Below, in pieces: positions 51,305-64,000 of a DNA stretch of 64,000 nt; the stretch's first letter is position 1; each line of letters opens with the position of its first letter. The notes under the pieces were generated by a model. It searched no databases. It was not told the DNA's origin and was given only the letters and a program-made list of their open reading frames with translations. The stretch is from the human T2T-CHM13v2.0 reference genome, Homo sapiens: NCBI RefSeq assembly GCF_009914755.1, contig NC_060936.1; one strand, written 5' to 3'. A program made the position numbers and the translations under genes.

Positions 51305-51977
51305 ACAAGCACATTTTTAAGGGCAAAAAAGAAGGAGACAGGGAGTAGACTGATACAAAGTTGTCGGGTATTCTTGTTGGTTTACAGAAATAACATTGAT
51401 TAGTGATTGGCTATAGATTGTTAAGCTATAGGATCTAGGTTATAGTGTCCAGTGCAGCATTATTATGTTAATTTATAGTTACTTGTGGCAATAGCAAGCA
51501 ATTTCAAGAGATGAATACATAGCTCAAAAGCAGGGAGTAGGACATGATTGCCCTCTCATTTTATTTATTTATTTTTTATTTATTTTTTTGAGACAGGCTC
51601 TCACTCTATTTCCCAGGCAGGTGTGCAGCAGTACAATTACAGCTCACTGCACCTTCAACCTCCTGGGCTCAAATGATCCTCCAGTCTCAGCCTCCTGAGT
51701 AGCTGGGACTACAGGAACACACCACCACTCCCAGCTTTTTTTAAATTTTATTTTATTTATTTATTTTTTATTTTAGTATGGATAGGGTCTGGCTATGTTG
51801 CCCAGTCTGGTTTTGAACTCGTGAGTTCAAATGATTTGCCTGCTTTGGCCTCCTAAAGTGCTGGGATTATAGGCTTGAGCCGCCATGCCTGGTCTGCTGT
51901 CTCATTTTAATGTCTCTCTGAGCCTGATAATCTTCAAAGACTTGCATTTCCCAGATTAAAATTGTTTTATTTTCTCA
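51305..51977 (-). mobile_element. ERV1 (MER4-group-like) LTR fragment interrupted by an Alu
   Basis: Minus strand begins TGAGAAAATAAAAC...ATTATCAGGCTCAGAGAGACATTAAAATGAGACAGC. The Alu sits between duplicated CTCTCATTTT/GTCTCATTTT. Confidence 0.55.
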
Positions 51978-52250
51978 GTGCCATGACACAGAATGAAAGC
52001 CTGAAATGTTTCTGAGACAAGTGCAAGAACTGAAGAACAACAACCAAGAATACCTGGATTTAAAACCTATACTCCTGGCCAGGCACGGTGGCTCACGCCT
52101 GTAATCCCAGCATGTTGGGAGGCCGAGGCGGGTGGATCACAAGGTCAGGAGTTCAAGACCAGCCTGAACAACATGGTGAAACCCCGTCTCTACTAAAAAT
52201 ACAAAAATTAACCAGGCATGGTGGCACGCACCTGTAATCCCAGCTACTTA

Positions 52251-53162
<912 letters not shown>

Positions 53163-53475
53163 ATGACCTCCTCATTGCTTCTGGCCTTTCTCCTCCTGGC
53201 TCCAACCACAGTGGCCACTCCCAGAGCTGGCGGTCAGTGTCCAGCATGTGGGGGGCCCACCTTGGAACTGGAGAGCCAGCGGGAGCTGCTTCTTGATCTG
53301 GCCAAGAGAAGCATCTTGGACAAGCTGCACCTCACCCAGCGCCCAACACTGAACCGCCCTGTGTCCAGAGCTGCTTTGAGGACTGCACTGCAGCACCTCC
53401 ACGGGGTCCCACAGGGGGCACTTCTAGAGGACAACAGGGAACAGGAATGTGAAATCATCAGCTTTGCTGAGACAG
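53163..53475 (+). CDS. INHBC: Inhibin beta C chain (activin beta-C) precursor, coding exon 1: signal peptide and N-terminal TGF-beta prodomain
   Basis: Translation MTSSLLLAFLLLAPTTVATPRAGGQCPACGG...LLDLAKRSILDKLHL...EIISFAET matches human INHBC. It has a hydrophobic signal peptide, the CPAC motif and the EIISFAET motif typical of inhibin-beta exon 1 ends. Donor CAG|GTGGGT after 53475 gives 313 coding nt (phase 1). Confidence 0.97.
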
Positions 53476-54019
53476 GTGGGTTCCTGATCTGTAGCTCTTC
53501 CCCAGAACTTGACCCCTCAAGGAAAGGAAAAGTTTCCTCGCCAGACTTACCTCTGACTCCTTCCCCAAAAACCATCCAACCCCTGCTTCCCACAGGCTAT
53601 AATCTCCTTACCCAGGTGTCCCGACAACCCCCACATCCCTCTGGGGTCACTCTGGTAGCTCAGACCTGACCAATAGGCAGCTGGAAAGCTGGTAAATTTC
53701 ACTTCTTTTGAGATTGGCTGCCGTCATCTCCTCCGGCTCCTCTCTCTGCAGGCCCCACAAACCCACAGGCTGTGGTGTGAGCCCATCCACTTCCTGGGCC
53801 TGTACACAGCGACTGGGAGGTGGGAGTCTCTCCTTTCTCTGGCCCCAGGATCTAGCCCCTCCCTTCCCCTCTCCTCCAGATGCCTCATTTGAGTAAAAGA
53901 AGAAAAAATAAAACACCAGGACTGCAATACCTCACCATATGTCATGTTCCCATATATACCTCAGGTCCCCATATCACAGAGAACAGGGTCAAAATGGGAC
54001 TCAGAAAGATGGATAAAGG

Positions 54020-56372
<2,353 letters not shown>

Positions 56373-56619
56373 CTACCTGTTTCAAGACCCTGCTTGAACT
56401 GGAGCTAGATAGCCTGGGCTCAGATTCTTGCTCAGCCATTTATTAGCTGTTTGACCTAGTGGTTAATAGTTTTCTCATGTGTTAAATGGGGATAATAAGA
56501 GGATAGTTGAGATAATTAAATGGGCTAATACAGGTAAAGTACTTTGAATGTTAAAGTGGAAGGGAGCAGGAACTAGAGAGTAGACTTAGTGCCTGCCCAT
56601 GGAGGAAAGGGACAAGGCA

Positions 56620-60655
<4,036 letters not shown>

Positions 60656-61074
60656 CCCCTGTTGGTCTTGTGTTTGCCTGCCATAACTGGAGTGACTTAA
60701 AAGGTACTAACTATAGGGTGCTTTGTGACCTAGCAAGGAAAAGATTAGTTGGGCCAGTCAGACTCTTTTAGGATTTTGGAATTGGGACACTGGAAGATCT
60801 GCTCACTTAGGAGGAGCTGAGCAAAAGGTCCTATAGACTTGGGACCTGGGCCACAATTTTGGGACCTGAGGAAGCTAACAAGGAGGCAGAAGTAGTAGAT
60901 CCACAGAGAGAGAAGAGTGGAACTGACTTATCTAGAGAGAGAGATGAAAGAGATCTTATTGGCTCTGAGAGCTGTCAAGAGCAGCCTTGTTCCTGTTGGG
61001 CACGTTGGCTCACACCTGTAATCCCAGCACTTTGGGAGGTTGAGGTGGGCGGGTCACCTAAGGTCAGGAGTTCA

Positions 61075-61339
<265 letters not shown>

Positions 61340-61366
61340 TCATACCCCGCCTTTTTGAGCCCATGA

Positions 61367-61531
<165 letters not shown>

Positions 61532-61570
61532 TAGCTGGGACTACAGGGGCGTGCCACCATGCCCAGCTAA

Positions 61571-61903
<333 letters not shown>

Positions 61904-61978
61904 CTAAGGCCAAATTACAATGGGTATTTAACTGTTTCCTAAAAGAGTTAGGACTTTATTAACTAATAAGGTTTTTGA

Positions 61979-62287
<309 letters not shown>

Positions 62288-62384
62288 TGATCTCGAATTC
62301 ATGACCTCATGACCTCAGGTGATCCTCCCATCTCAGCCTCCCAAAGTGCAGGGATTACAGGTGTGAGCCACCACACCTGGTCTC

Positions 62385-63880
<1,496 letters not shown>

Positions 63881-64000
63881 GTACAGGATTGAGGCTGGGC
63901 ACATTGACTTATGCCTGTGATCTCAGCACTTTGGGAGGCCAAGGTGAGAGGATCACTTAAGGCCAGGAGTTCAAGACCAGTCTGGGTAACATAGTGAGAC

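Noticed and set aside
53163-53669. 168-aa ORF as the complete INHBC protein
   Set aside because: INHBC similarity ends at the splice donor after 53475, and the rest is intron read-through.

Overview
Human (primate) genomic DNA recognisable as the R3HDM2-INHBC head-to-head locus (12q13.3). The only supportable coding sequence is INHBC exon 1 (+, 53163-53475), followed by its intron to the end of the window. A CpG island at ~48.6-49.5 kb carries a minus-strand first exon (donor at 48996). A clean 70-nt minus-strand exon lies at 14004-14073. Both fit the non-coding 5' exons of R3HDM2, an assignment made from known gene order because no R3HDM2 CDS is in the window. The rest is extremely Alu-dense, with L1, L2, MIR, MaLR/ERV LTRs, hAT transposons, a solo LTR12C and three snRNA retrocopies. 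Nearly all ORFs in the track are Alu or GC-rich artefacts. I found no convincing new gene or multi-gene system. The most unusual items are a ~180-bp copy of sequence from the other side of the CpG island, bracketed by a perfect 16-bp inverted repeat; a uORF-packed 70-nt 5'UTR exon; and a tailless U2 retrocopy with a perfect target-site duplication (TSD). Repeat family names are recalled from consensus sequences and were not computed.
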